From contig JBIIEI010000012.1 of the NCBI GenBank assembly GCA_044237915.1, positions 15,360 to 79,359 on the forward strand: a stretch of 64,000 bases of DNA. Reading direction: 5' to 3'. Positions 49,080 to 59,325 of the stretch are shown one piece after another (the stretch's first letter is position 1; the number at the start of each line of letters is the position of its first letter). The DNA is from Silvanigrellaceae bacterium. Lineage in GTDB: Bacteria; Bdellovibrionota_B; Oligoflexia; Silvanigrellales; Silvanigrellaceae. The notes beneath the pieces were generated by a model. That model was not told the DNA's origin and searched no databases. It saw nothing but the letters and a program-made list of their open reading frames with translations. Made by a program: the position numbers and the translations under genes.

Positions 49080-51125
49080 ATGAAACATTCGTCTTTCTTG
49101 CTTGTTATGAATTTTCTTCTCTTTGGAACAAATTCATGCAGCGCACCTCATTTTGCAGGCAAGGAAACAAAAACGCTTTCATGGAATCAAAGTCAACAGG
49201 ATGTCCAGGTGGACGAGTTCATTAAAAACACCTGTGCTGAGATTGAATCATTCGCTCTGACTGCTGATTTAAAGCTGACCGATGACATTCAAAAAATGTT
49301 AAACTTGAGCGAATTCTTGCAGGAAAAATTTCCATATCTTTCTGAAAAAAAATTAAGTGACAAAGATTTTACAGTCCCCACTGCACTCTGTTTACATAAT
49401 ATTTCAAAAATCATTCTTCAAAAACTTGATCAATATCCGGAAACCGCACTTGAAAATCAGAAAAAATTAATTGCAAAACTTCTGACACTGACTTCTGTCA
49501 ATGCATCTAAGCTCAACCTGTATGCTCGCAAAGTTTTTAATGCCATTCCTCTGTCTGAGCTTTTGCAAGATGCCGCTTTAAGAGATGCCTTTTCAGCACT
49601 TCATATGGATTCTTCACTTGAAGAAATTGCAAATTGGCTTAAAGGACAAGACGTCGAAAAAATTGACCAAGCCGCACTTTTAAAACTTGGATTATTCGCA
49701 TCAAACTCGCACATCAATGATGTTCACAATCCCTATTCGTTTCTTGAAAAATACTCCTCTTTCGTCATAAGCCAATCAAATGCGGCTCAACAACATCTTA
49801 TGCTACAATTGGTGAGCAACCACCTCCTAACAAATGGAGTCATTTTCTCCAGTCGCGGCAAAGAAACTCAAGAAAAATTACTGTTGCGGGTGCTTCAGTC
49901 GCTGCAAAAAAAACTCTCAAAACTTGAAAAAGAGTCCCCAGAATACGACACGACTCTGCAATACATCGCAGAATATAATAAAATTCTAGAAGAAATTCGT
50001 GCGATTCCTTATTCCCTTGGCACCATGTATGCAAAACTCGCAGAAAGCCTGCGTGAAAAAGGCATGACCAATGCTGATTTTAGAGTCAATGAAGCCAAAG
50101 AAAGTTCGCGCATCTTGCTTGAAAAAGGTTACCCCCACAAAGGACTCCTCCTTCAAGAGGGTGATATTTGGCTGGTGGTGAGCCAAAACGGCCCTGGAGA
50201 TCTCTTTTCTAATCTTGCTGCCCTTCCAGACTTCGTCACACATTCGGGCGTGATCGCTTCCGACTGGGAAGATGGAATGCGGTATTATTTTCGGGCAGAA
50301 ATTTCTGACGGGCCTACAGTCAGTGCCATTGATACCTCTTTTCATACCGTGTTTGTGCGTCCCACATTCCCTGTTGCTCCAGGAGCAACGACACAAGCTC
50401 TGCAAAATTTAGCGCGTTACCCTAAAGTCCTCTTCGATGTGGGATTTCAAGAGGGGCTTTTCGATAAAAAAGGGAATGTCAGTGTTTATTGTTCAGAGTT
50501 TGTTCACTTTCTTTTTCAGAACAAGTTTCAACCGGATTTGGGGCCTTTTCCATCTCCATTTGATGGAACACGCACACGCCTTCATATTACGAACCCCGTG
50601 ACTTATCGCAATGGCATGCGTTTGGGTTTTCCCGTTGGCGCACAGGTATTTATTCCCGACACCTTTCTTTATTCCCCCTCTACACAAATCTTGGGTGCGT
50701 TCCTCACCGAAACAGTTCCCATTTCAAAAACAAACGATGATTTGGAACTCTTTATTGCAGAGATGAGGGGCAAATTTAACGATGAATTTGCACAACTTTT
50801 TCACGCAAAGGACATGAAAGAAGTTTCTTACTGGGAGAAGAGATCCTTAGATGTGTACTTGATAGGTCGGGAGCTTTCTGAATGGTTCCCATTCTTGGGT
50901 AAGAAACTTCCCCAGGCGGGCATGAATTCCCTAAATCTTCCTGATGGTGAAGCGAAGTATCACATGCTGAATTTCTTTCGAGTTTATGCAGCATTTAATA
51001 CGAGCCTTGAAAATATAGGGCGGCAAGATGCAAATGGAGCTTTTGGAGCAGAATGGAAAGAACTCTATTTGCAACGCTATCAAGAAACGATTGTTCCCTT
51101 AATGCACGCCCTTTTTCAGGATTAA
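49080..51125 (+). CDS. Large secreted protein with central YiiX/DUF830-like permuted papain-fold (NlpC/P60 superfamily) domain
   Basis: GAGGAGG RBS; signal peptide. Ordered matches to E. coli YiiX: EGDIWLV (cf. TGDIIFQ), THSGVIAS (cf. SHTGMLV), YCSEFVHFLFQ (cf. YCSEVVWKVYQ). N-terminal ~330 aa helical, C-terminal ~200 aa unknown. Confidence 0.55.
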   Translation: MKHSSFLLVMNFLLFGTNSCSAPHFAGKETKTLSWNQSQQDVQVDEFIKNTCAEIESFALTADLKLTDDIQKMLNLSEFLQEKFPYLSEKKLSDKDFTVPTALCLHNISKIILQKLDQYPETALENQKKLIAKLLTLTSVNASKLNLYARKVFNAIPLSELLQDAALRDAFSALHMDSSLEEIANWLKGQDVEKIDQAALLKLGLFASNSHINDVHNPYSFLEKYSSFVISQSNAAQQHLMLQLVSNHLLTNGVIFSSRGKETQEKLLLRVLQSLQKKLSKLEKESPEYDTTLQYIAEYNKILEEIRAIPYSLGTMYAKLAESLREKGMTNADFRVNEAKESSRILLEKGYPHKGLLLQEGDIWLVVSQNGPGDLFSNLAALPDFVTHSGVIASDWEDGMRYYFRAEISDGPTVSAIDTSFHTVFVRPTFPVAPGATTQALQNLARYPKVLFDVGFQEGLFDKKGNVSVYCSEFVHFLFQNKFQPDLGPFPSPFDGTRTRLHITNPVTYRNGMRLGFPVGAQVFIPDTFLYSPSTQILGAFLTETVPISKTNDDLELFIAEMRGKFNDEFAQLFHAKDMKEVSYWEKRSLDVYLIGRELSEWFPFLGKKLPQAGMNSLNLPDGEAKYHMLNFFRVYAAFNTSLENIGRQDANGAFGAEWKELYLQRYQETIVPLMHALFQD

Positions 51126-51466
51126 ACCGAGCCCGGTTCGCGTTCCACAAGGGTTTTTGCTTCTCCTCTCGATTCTCCACCTTTTCTGCCTATAGTTGCC
51201 ATGTGTTTTCGATCACGGCTCACAGCTTCTCCTCCTTCTCGGCCAATTTCTTTATAGAATTCTCTTCCATAAACTTTGGCCGTTTTTTCGCCGCCTTTTT
51301 GCCCGGCTTTGCGTGCCTCTTCGGAGGTAAATTCATGTGCAGTTCCCTTTTCATGGGCTGCTTTACCACCCTTGCTTGCAATCTCACGCTGCTTTTCAAC
51401 ACTCATTGAAGCAAAGCCTCGTTTGCGACGCGCACCAAGCTCAACTGTATCCATTCCTTCTTCCAT
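51122..51466 (-). CDS. KGG-repeat general stress protein (YciG-like)
   Basis: Repeated GGKA/GQKGGE/GREGGE/GRKGGE motifs; AAGGAGG RBS before ATG 51466. Confidence 0.7.
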   Translation of the reverse strand: MEEGMDTVELGARRKRGFASMSVEKQREIASKGGKAAHEKGTAHEFTSEEARKAGQKGGEKTAKVYGREFYKEIGREGGEAVSRDRKHMATIGRKGGESRGEAKTLVEREPGSV

Positions 51467-51701
51467 GATTCCTCCTTGCATGTCTTTCGCATGCATGACT
51501 GAGAGTTAAGATATTTCACGGGAACGAAACATGAATCCGAGCCTTGCTCATAACAGATACAGTCAAACCCCTCCATTCAATCTCCTGAAAATCCAAGTGT
51601 CATAAACTGGCAAGTGGTGAGGGGTTCAGATAGGATATTTGTTTTGTTCTTGTTTAAATGACGTGATGAAGAAGAAAAGCAGGCGTAAAGCCAACTTTCC
51701 A

Positions 51702-52700
51702 TCAATTTTGATCGAGTTTTCCCGCAAAATGGCATGCGACGAGGTGGGCTCCCAATTTCGTACCCGGAAAGTCTGCAAGGGGCGGCTCCACGGTGCGACA
51801 CACATCTTGCACGTAGGGGCAGCGCGTATGGAACCGACATCCCGAAGGGGGGCGCATGGGCGAAGGGACATCACCCGATAAAATCTGCCTTTTCTTAAAA
51901 CGAGTCTCGGGATCGGGTTCTGGAATAGAAGAAAGCAGTGCACGCGTATAAGGATGTGCGGGCGTTGAATAAATGGTATCGGCGTCGGTTAATTCAACGA
52001 TCTTTCCAAGGTACATCACAGCAACACGATCTGAAATATGCCGCACCACTGCCAAGTCATGGGAAATAAATAGGTAGGTCAGTCGCAATTCCTGTTGCAA
52101 TTCCATCAACAGATTTAAAACCTGCGATTGAATAGAAACATCAAGGGCTGAAACCGCTTCATCACAGATAATAAGTTTGGGTTTGAGAGAAATGGCACGT
52201 GCAATTCCAACGCGCTGCCTTTGCCCTCCAGAAAACTCGTGCGGGTATTTTCCAGCTGCACTGGCAGGGAGGCCCACACGTACCAAAAGGCGCTCGACTT
52301 CTTCGCGTCTTTCTTGGGGCGTGCCAATGCCATGCACCTCAAGAGGGTCTTGGAGTATTTTTCCGACGGTTTGCCTTGGATTTAACGAAGCATAAGGGTC
52401 TTGAAACACCATCTGCATATCGCGGCGTTTAGCGCGCAGAGGCACGCCTTCGAGCTTGGCAATGTCTTTGCCTTCAAACAGAATTTCTCCTGCTGTCGGT
52501 TTATACAAACGTAACACGGCCCGTCCTAGGGTGCTCTTTCCACACCCCGATTCTCCGACAAGACCCAGAGTTTCGCCTGCCTTGATATAAAAAGAAATGT
52601 CATCGACCGCGTAAATGGTATCGACTTGGCGTTGGAACAACCCACCCTTGACGGGAAAGTGCATTTTTAAATTTTTGACATCCAATAAAATTTCGGACAT
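51702..52700 (-). CDS. Peptide ABC transporter ATP-binding protein (OppF/DppF-like)
   Basis: Walker [10 protein letters not shown], signature [14 protein letters not shown], Walker [14 protein letters not shown]-terminal oligopeptide-transporter extension. Confidence 0.85.
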   Translation of the reverse strand: MSEILLDVKNLKMHFPVKGGLFQRQVDTIYAVDDISFYIKAGETLGLVGESGCGKSTLGRAVLRLYKPTAGEILFEGKDIAKLEGVPLRAKRRDMQMVFQDPYASLNPRQTVGKILQDPLEVHGIGTPQERREEVERLLVRVGLPASAAGKYPHEFSGGQRQRVGIARAISLKPKLIICDEAVSALDVSIQSQVLNLLMELQQELRLTYLFISHDLAVVRHISDRVAVMYLGKIVELTDADTIYSTPAHPYTRALLSSIPEPDPETRFKKRQILSGDVPSPMRPPSGCRFHTRCPYVQDVCRTVEPPLADFPGTKLGAHLVACHFAGKLDQN

Positions 52701-52708
52701 GAAAGGTC

Positions 52709-53734
52709 TCACTCAATAGGCTTTTTAGCAATTTCCTGCCAATGAAAGCAAGCAACACGCTGCTCACTCTCTGTGATTTCCAACGCAGGCTCTGCGGCCC
52801 GACACTCTTCTGTGGCATAAGGGCAACGGTTTTGAAACCGGCACCCTTTGGGGAACTGTCCGAGCGAGGGCACAATGCCTTCAATCACTTTCAGCTTTGA
52901 TTTTCTTTTTCCGGTTAATTTCGGAATCGATTCAAGCAAACCCCTGGTGTAAGGGTGCTTGGGCTTGCGAAAAAGGGAATTCACCGAAGCTTCTTCCACA
53001 ACTTTTCCGGCATACATCACAATCACATCATCGCAGAGTTCTGCAATCACACCTAAGGCATGTGTGATGAAAATGACGGCCATTCCTGATTCTTGCTGCA
53101 ATTTTTTAATGAGTTCTAAAATCTGCGCCTGAATTGTTACATCAAGCGCTGTCGTCGGCTCATCGCAGATCAAAACATCGGGCTTGCAAGCTAAGGCCAT
53201 TGCAATCATCACGCGTTGGCGCATGCCACCCGAAAGCTGATGGGGGAATTGCCGCAGTCTTTTTTCGGGCTCTGGGATGGCTACTTTTTGCAAGACATCA
53301 ATAAGGGCCCCTTGCAAAGCAAGACCTTTGGCGAGGGCAGGAAAGTGCAGTTCAAACACTTCCGCAAGTTGACTGCCGATGGTTTTCACAGGGTTTAAAG
53401 CTGTCATGGGCTCTTGAAAAACCATGGCAATGCGGTTGCCACGAATGCTGTGCAGCTCGCCTGGCGACAACTTCAAAATGTCTTTGCCTTGAAAGAGAAT
53501 TTCTCCGTGCAAAATCTGGCCCGCAGGTTTAGGTAACAAGCGCATAATGGAAAGCGAGGTGACGCTTTTTCCGCACCCCGACTCACCCACGATGCCGAGT
53601 GTCCGGCCTTTGCGAACCTTAAAGCTCACCCCATCAACCGCGCGCACCAAACTCCCATCGTCGGTTTGAAATGCCGTTACCAGACTTTTAACTTCGAGTA
53701 TTACATCGTTTGACAAGGTTGTACCTCTGCACAT
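52709..53734 (-). CDS. Peptide ABC transporter ATP-binding protein (OppD/DppD-like)
   Basis: Walker [10 protein letters not shown], signature [15 protein letters not shown], Walker [13 protein letters not shown]-terminal extension with Cys cluster. Confidence 0.85.
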   Translation of the reverse strand: MCRGTTLSNDVILEVKSLVTAFQTDDGSLVRAVDGVSFKVRKGRTLGIVGESGCGKSVTSLSIMRLLPKPAGQILHGEILFQGKDILKLSPGELHSIRGNRIAMVFQEPMTALNPVKTIGSQLAEVFELHFPALAKGLALQGALIDVLQKVAIPEPEKRLRQFPHQLSGGMRQRVMIAMALACKPDVLICDEPTTALDVTIQAQILELIKKLQQESGMAVIFITHALGVIAELCDDVIVMYAGKVVEEASVNSLFRKPKHPYTRGLLESIPKLTGKRKSKLKVIEGIVPSLGQFPKGCRFQNRCPYATEECRAAEPALEITESEQRVACFHWQEIAKKPIE

Positions 53735-53750
53735 TCAAGAAAGAAGCGCG

Positions 53751-55595
53751 TTACTTTGGCTTGTAGGTTTTGTCGATTTTGGTCAGGGGCGGATAGGTTT
53801 TACCAGCCTTCATCGCTTCCTGTGTTTCTTTATGTACAGCTTCGTCGTACCAAAAAAGGCCGCCGTATTTGTAATGAACAGGATTCTGTATCAGATATTC
53901 AGAAGCGGCCGTGCCCACAAACTCAGGCAACTTCCACCAGCGCCAGCTTGCTTCACGGGTGTAGGGAACTGTAAATGTACCGATAAAAGAGCCTATTTCA
54001 CTCTCTTTTTCGATGATCTTCACCATGGTTGCCTGGCGCACTTTTTCATCGGATGAAGCTTGAAACACTTCCAATAATTTATCCATTTCGGGATCATCGA
54101 TATTACTAAAATTATCGTTCTGTGGCTTGTTCGCAAAACTCGAATGAAAGTAGTTTTTGGGAGACGGGATAACATCCGTTGTCATGGCACCATAGTAAAC
54201 TTCAAATTTTTTCTCGCGTGCAGATTTAAATGATGCTGCGCTATCCACGGCATCAATGTTGATTTCAACACCTGCCTTTTTAGCCTCTTCCTTCATTACT
54301 TCAAGTCGCTTCACAAGCTGCGGAGAATTGCCAATCGTAACTTTCACAGAAAAACGCTTGCCGTCTTTTGCCCAAATGCCATCGGCCCCGCGCTTCCAAC
54401 CCGACTTTTCCATCAGTTCTTTGACTTTTGGAATGCTAAATTCGCGCGCTTTGACATTGGTTGCCGAATAGGGGCCAAAGCCTTCAAAGAACTGTTTTTT
54501 GCGTTCGTAGTCGCCATACAGAAGTTTTTGAATCACAAGGTCGATATTCAAAGCATGGGCAAAGGCATAGCGCAGATTTTTGTCTTTGAAGAGTTCATTG
54601 CCGAGGTTTAACCAAAACCCTTGGGGACCTTCAGGGGAGTCGTTATAAAACCAATACTTTTCGATATAGCCTTTGTCGAAGTTTCCGCCCTTGGCTTTTT
54701 CGTGCCACCACACGGGGCGAGTGAGCCAAAAATTATCAAGTTCGCCCTTTTTGAAATTCTCGAAGGCAATTTCATCATCTCGCACAACTTTAAAAACCAC
54801 GTTGTCGACGTTGAACCGATTCTTAAAGAAACGCTCATTTTCGCCCCACCAGCTTTTAACCCGGCTCATCGTAATCGATTTGCCTTTATCAACTTTGCTG
54901 ACGATGTAGGGCCCTGTTACAGGGGTGATCTCATAGTTAAACTTTTTGACAAAGTCTTTGTCGGGCTTGCCAAAAAAGTGCTTCGGCACCACAAGAACAT
55001 TACCGCCCAGGTAGAGGTCCAAATCGGGCTTGGGATTTTTGTCCACCAGCGCAAATGTGCGATCGTCGTACTTAATAACCTTGTCGATTTCAGTGGTATA
55101 ATAATCGTTGGCAGAGGTATCAACGATCTCTTTGGAACGCATAAAATCGACGGTAAACACGACGTCGTCGGATGTTACTGGCTTTCCGTCCGACCACTTG
55201 GCATTCTTATTGAGCCTAAAATACATGGTCTTTTTATCGGCCCCATACGCCCATTCCGAAGCGAGCATGGGCATGGTTTTGCGCGTATTGGCGTGTCTTT
55301 CAACGAGAGGCAAAAACCCGCCGTAGATGAGATAATTCGCAAATAGGCCATTGGCATCGGGGCCCACGGGGCGCAATGTTAGAGGAAATTCTGTGATGTG
55401 CATGCGAAATGTTCCACCCTTTTTCGCATCTGGAGATGCAAAGGTGGGATCGGTATCGTTGGTTTCCCACTTTAAATTTGCAGGAAGTTTTTCCTGGGCC
55501 TGTGCAACCCAAGGAAGAAGCGCTCCAGCAAAAACAAAGGCAGGCAAGCAGCCTGTGAACAGATTTCCGGTCGCAATTGATTTTTTGAGCATCAT
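53751..55595 (-). CDS. Family-5 extracellular solute-binding protein (YejA/OppA-like, ~615 aa)
   Basis: Signal peptide; SBP_bac_5 pattern; long form comparable to YejA. Confidence 0.8.
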   Translation of the reverse strand: MMLKKSIATGNLFTGCLPAFVFAGALLPWVAQAQEKLPANLKWETNDTDPTFASPDAKKGGTFRMHITEFPLTLRPVGPDANGLFANYLIYGGFLPLVERHANTRKTMPMLASEWAYGADKKTMYFRLNKNAKWSDGKPVTSDDVVFTVDFMRSKEIVDTSANDYYTTEIDKVIKYDDRTFALVDKNPKPDLDLYLGGNVLVVPKHFFGKPDKDFVKKFNYEITPVTGPYIVSKVDKGKSITMSRVKSWWGENERFFKNRFNVDNVVFKVVRDDEIAFENFKKGELDNFWLTRPVWWHEKAKGGNFDKGYIEKYWFYNDSPEGPQGFWLNLGNELFKDKNLRYAFAHALNIDLVIQKLLYGDYERKKQFFEGFGPYSATNVKAREFSIPKVKELMEKSGWKRGADGIWAKDGKRFSVKVTIGNSPQLVKRLEVMKEEAKKAGVEINIDAVDSAASFKSAREKKFEVYYGAMTTDVIPSPKNYFHSSFANKPQNDNFSNIDDPEMDKLLEVFQASSDEKVRQATMVKIIEKESEIGSFIGTFTVPYTREASWRWWKLPEFVGTAASEYLIQNPVHYKYGGLFWYDEAVHKETQEAMKAGKTYPPLTKIDKTYKPK

Positions 55596-55681
55596 ATCAC
55601 TTTCCCGTAAGGTTAAAGGCAATTGATTTGCCTTGTTTGTACGTCGGAACAAAAAACGCTGCAAAGAAGAACGTTACAGTT

Positions 55682-56722
55682 TTATTCATAGGTCGTATGT
55701 TTCTTGGGATCAAAAGCTTCACGCAGGGCTTCTCCCACGAAGGTGATCATTGTCAGTAACAGAGCCATGCAGGTTACGACCGAAATCGAAATCCAGCTTG
55801 CGTTGCGAAGGTTTGTGGTCCCTTGGCGCAACAGCTCACCCCAACTCGGAGTGGGAGGGGGCAAACCAAACCCAAGATAATCATAAATCGAAAGCCCGAC
55901 AATCGCCGATTCTACCGTAAAGGGCAAAAACGTGATGATAATAGACAGAATGTTGGGAAGGATCTGACTAAAAATGATGCGTCTATCGGACATCCCAACC
56001 GACCTTGCAGCAAGCACATAGTCGGCTGCTTTTTCTTTGTACATAAAGGCGCGCATGTAGGACGTTTGCCTCATCCAGCCAAAGGCGATTAAGATAGAAA
56101 TCAGCGTCCAAAAATTCGGCGTAATAAACGATGCAATAATAATAACGATATAAAGCGTTGGAATATTCGACCAAATTTCAATCAGTCGTTGCACGATAAG
56201 ATCGAAACGACCGCCATAGTAGCCCATCACGCATCCGATGGTAATTCCCACAATGTATTCACAGATGGCTAAACACACTGCAAATATAATCGCAATTCGA
56301 AACCCATATACGATACGCGCAACGACGTCGCGTCCACTGGTATCGGTTCCCAAAAAATGCCTGTCGTCTAAAGAAGGGGCACTGGGCGGGTTTTTTTCGA
56401 GATCATTTTCATAGGGGTTGTAGGGAACCAGGGGCATGATCACAAAATCGCCTTTGCCTTCGGCATCAACCTTTTTCTTGAGATCCCGATAATTTGTTTC
56501 GTACTCATAATCAAAGCCAAAGGTTGTTCCTGGAATCATATCGGACATTAAGGGAACGTGTAAATTTCCTTCATACTTTACAAGCAGCGCCTTGCTGTTC
56601 ACAAAGAGTTCTGCGCACAGCGAAAGTGCCACCAGCACGCACAGAATAAGGAACGACAAGTAGCCCCTTTTTATGGATTTAAATCGTCGAATCTTCTTTA
56701 AGGTAAGAGGATCTAGTGCCAT
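55682..56722 (-). CDS. Peptide ABC transporter permease (YejE/OppC-like)
   Basis: BPD_transp_1 EAA-region; C-terminal GEALREAFDPK motif. Confidence 0.85.
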   Translation of the reverse strand: MALDPLTLKKIRRFKSIKRGYLSFLILCVLVALSLCAELFVNSKALLVKYEGNLHVPLMSDMIPGTTFGFDYEYETNYRDLKKKVDAEGKGDFVIMPLVPYNPYENDLEKNPPSAPSLDDRHFLGTDTSGRDVVARIVYGFRIAIIFAVCLAICEYIVGITIGCVMGYYGGRFDLIVQRLIEIWSNIPTLYIVIIIASFITPNFWTLISILIAFGWMRQTSYMRAFMYKEKAADYVLAARSVGMSDRRIIFSQILPNILSIIITFLPFTVESAIVGLSIYDYLGFGLPPPTPSWGELLRQGTTNLRNASWISISVVTCMALLLTMITFVGEALREAFDPKKHTTYE

Positions 56723-56737
56723 AAATACAAAATTCTC

Positions 56738-57757
56738 CTACTCGAACTGGACACGAGGGTCGACAAGAGCAATAAAAAAGTCGGACATGATATTTCCACA
56801 CAGGATTGCCAAGGCATCGAGCACCAAAATCCCCATCACGATGGGGTAATCACGCTGCACCAAAGCTTCGTATCCGAGCAAGCCCATGCCGTCGATGTTG
56901 AAAATAAATTCAACCAAAAAGGAACCCGAAATAATGATCCCGATGGAACTTCCAACATAGGTTGCCAGTGGAATAAGGCTGTTGCGCAGGGCGTGGCGCA
57001 ACACCGCTTTTTTAAACTCGAGGCCCTTCGCCATGGCAGTACGCACATAGTCGGCAGCAAGATTTTCGAGCAAAGCGTTTTTCATCATCATAGTGAGCAG
57101 TGCAAAGCTTCCCGCAACATAAGTGGCTAAAGGGAGCAATCCGTGCCACACCACATCTTTCACTTGTTCCCAAGTTGAAAGGTCGCTAAAATTTTCGCTA
57201 AAAATTCCACTCATTGGAAAAAGATCAGTATTTGCAGCAAACACAACGAGAAGAACAATCCCGAGAACATGGGCCGGAACAGCGTAACAGACGAATATAA
57301 ATATGCTGGAGACGGTATCAATTCTTGACTTGTGCTTCACAGCTTTTAATATTCCAAGCGGAATACTAATGCTATAAGTAATAAGTAGAGTTATAATTCC
57401 GTAAATCATCGAAACAGGTATGCGCGTTTTGATGAGATCCCAGACGGGTTCCTGGTAACGCGTAGAAGTTCCAAGGTCGAGCGTGACCACTTTGCCGAGC
57501 CACTCGCCATAACTGACAAGAATGGGCTTGTCGAAACCATAGAACTTCTTGAGATCCTCCATCTGCTCTTCGGTAAGGTTCTGAGATCCCCCTCTTGTAG
57601 AAGAACCTCCGCCCTCACCTCCGCTCTGTTGGGCACGGGCAAGCATTTGCTCGATCGGACCACCCGGCACAAAACGAGTGATGGCAAATACCAAGACGGT
57701 GATGCCAATAAACGTTGGTATAAGAAGAAGAATACGCCTCAAAAAGTATGTTTTCAT
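56738..57757 (-). CDS. Peptide ABC transporter permease (YejB/OppB-like)
   Basis: GGGGGGA RBS + ATG 57757; six TM helices; Gly-rich periplasmic loop (GGEGGGSSTRGGSQNLTEEQMEDLKKFYGFDKP) characteristic of YejB-type permeases. Confidence 0.85.
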   Translation of the reverse strand: MKTYFLRRILLLIPTFIGITVLVFAITRFVPGGPIEQMLARAQQSGGEGGGSSTRGGSQNLTEEQMEDLKKFYGFDKPILVSYGEWLGKVVTLDLGTSTRYQEPVWDLIKTRIPVSMIYGIITLLITYSISIPLGILKAVKHKSRIDTVSSIFIFVCYAVPAHVLGIVLLVVFAANTDLFPMSGIFSENFSDLSTWEQVKDVVWHGLLPLATYVAGSFALLTMMMKNALLENLAADYVRTAMAKGLEFKKAVLRHALRNSLIPLATYVGSSIGIIISGSFLVEFIFNIDGMGLLGYEALVQRDYPIVMGILVLDALAILCGNIMSDFFIALVDPRVQFE

Positions 57758-57860
57758 GGGAAATCCCCCCTGGCCTGAACGGTAGCGCAGTATGGATGAG
57801 GACTTGCTTGAATGCAAGTTTCACACTAGGCCCACAGGGAGAATTCGAATTTGGTGAGAT

Positions 57861-58691
57861 TTACGAAGCTTTCCTACCCAGGGGTACGATGCGTGGGAAG
57901 TTTGCTTCAGCTGATTTTCGCAATGACTGTGGAGTACGCCCCTGAAGAATGGGGCAGCGCTGTTCTGCATCACTTGCGACGGGGCGCATTTCTAAGGGGA
58001 CATTGACCGACAAAACTAAGTTCACAAGCCCATTCAACAAAAAGCGCAGGGCCATTTTAATTTCGCCCGCTTGCGCTGGAATGGCACACATCTCGCCAAT
58101 GAGATTGAGATCCGATTTTTCGAGCGCCGCTTCCCAAGCCTCTCCCAGTGTGGGCTTCGACATATCCAGAGAGCCAATGAGGTAAACATCATTTGACGCC
58201 GCATCGAGCATCCCAAATTTCAGTTCCAAAGCGTGCTGACCTTGCCCTATAACAGGATGCAGGTCGTGAAAAACGAAAAAACTCCAAGAATCAAAAGGTC
58301 CATTTTCAAGCGCATCTTTTTCAACTTCAAAAACCAAGCATGAGTGAGGAAAATTCAAATGCGTCGGAGAAATCTCGCGCGGCCAACGGGCGTCCAACTG
58401 GGCATCCCAGAAATTTCGTTCAAGTTCATACACAACCTTGTGTGAGCGATAGGCCGCATAAGCCGAAAACGTTGTTGAGATACGGCGCAAGATGTAGTCT
58501 TCATCCTTTCCAAAAAGCTGTTTGCCTTCAAAATGACTTAAAAGATCGATCCCCGGCAAAGGGATCTCTGCAGGCAGTTCGATTCCATGGGCAAGACAAA
58601 GAGCACGCGCCTCAGCCTCAAGGCTTTCCAGTTTGCCTTGCTCTAAGTTCCAAAACGAGCGCCAGCAGTTTTCAACCGATGGTAATTTCAT
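57861..58691 (-). CDS. Hypothetical protein
   Basis: GGAGG RBS 4 nt upstream of ATG 58691; 276 aa; no motifs. Confidence 0.45.
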   Translation of the reverse strand: MKLPSVENCWRSFWNLEQGKLESLEAEARALCLAHGIELPAEIPLPGIDLLSHFEGKQLFGKDEDYILRRISTTFSAYAAYRSHKVVYELERNFWDAQLDARWPREISPTHLNFPHSCLVFEVEKDALENGPFDSWSFFVFHDLHPVIGQGQHALELKFGMLDAASNDVYLIGSLDMSKPTLGEAWEAALEKSDLNLIGEMCAIPAQAGEIKMALRFLLNGLVNLVLSVNVPLEMRPVASDAEQRCPILQGRTPQSLRKSAEANFPRIVPLGRKAS

Positions 58692-58843
58692 GATTCCTCC
58701 GAAAACCAGGGTCCCTCGACTTATTTTCGGAAAAAGGGTGAATCCCCTTGAGTGCCAGAATGCAGTCACACCCTGCAATTAAGTACGTGTTAGTGTATCT
58801 GTACTTTTTGCTCGAACGGCGCATTCTGAAGAAAGGAACCTGC

Positions 58844-59293
58844 GTGGAACTCTTTCAAGTCTATTTAATAGTGGGGCTCGTCCTCATTGGAGCTGAAATT
58901 TTCGTTCCTGGCTTTGTGCTTGCACCCTTGGGTGTGGCCTCCCTCATCACGGCAGCCTTCGCTTCGGTGGTCGACTCCGAAATCGCTCACATCGCTTTTT
59001 TTTCGGCCACTGCGCTCATCATCTTTCTTCTCCTTCCTAAGCTGCTAAAATTTAAAAAAATAAAGTCTGAAGAAGAACAAACCATTGGCCTCATCGGTCA
59101 GACGGGGATCCTTGTGGAACCTCACCGCTCACCCCTTTCGCCTGGAAGGGTGCGAGTCTTTGGGGATGTTTGGGAAATTTCCTGGGATGAAAACGATCCC
59201 TTTCACGACACCCTGTTACTGCTTTCACCAGGAGCCCTGCTCATTGTGAAACAGGTGATTGGAAATAAGATCCATGTGGAACCCAAATCTTAA
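58844..59293 (+). CDS. NfeD-family membrane protein (partner of SPFH protein)
   Basis: Two N-terminal TM helices plus C-terminal OB-fold-like beta region; GTG 58844 with AAAGGA RBS preferred over the upstream TTG 58748 of the ORF track. Confidence 0.6.
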   Translation: MELFQVYLIVGLVLIGAEIFVPGFVLAPLGVASLITAAFASVVDSEIAHIAFFSATALIIFLLLPKLLKFKKIKSEEEQTIGLIGQTGILVEPHRSPLSPGRVRVFGDVWEISWDENDPFHDTLLLLSPGALLIVKQVIGNKIHVEPKS

Positions 59294-59325
59294 CGTAACA
59301 GCATTTAGCACAGAGGAGGCTTGTC

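Noticed and set aside
54621-55346. 241-aa plus-strand ORF inside the solute-binding-protein gene
   Set aside because: Antisense shadow ORF of a well-supported CDS with no RBS or motifs.
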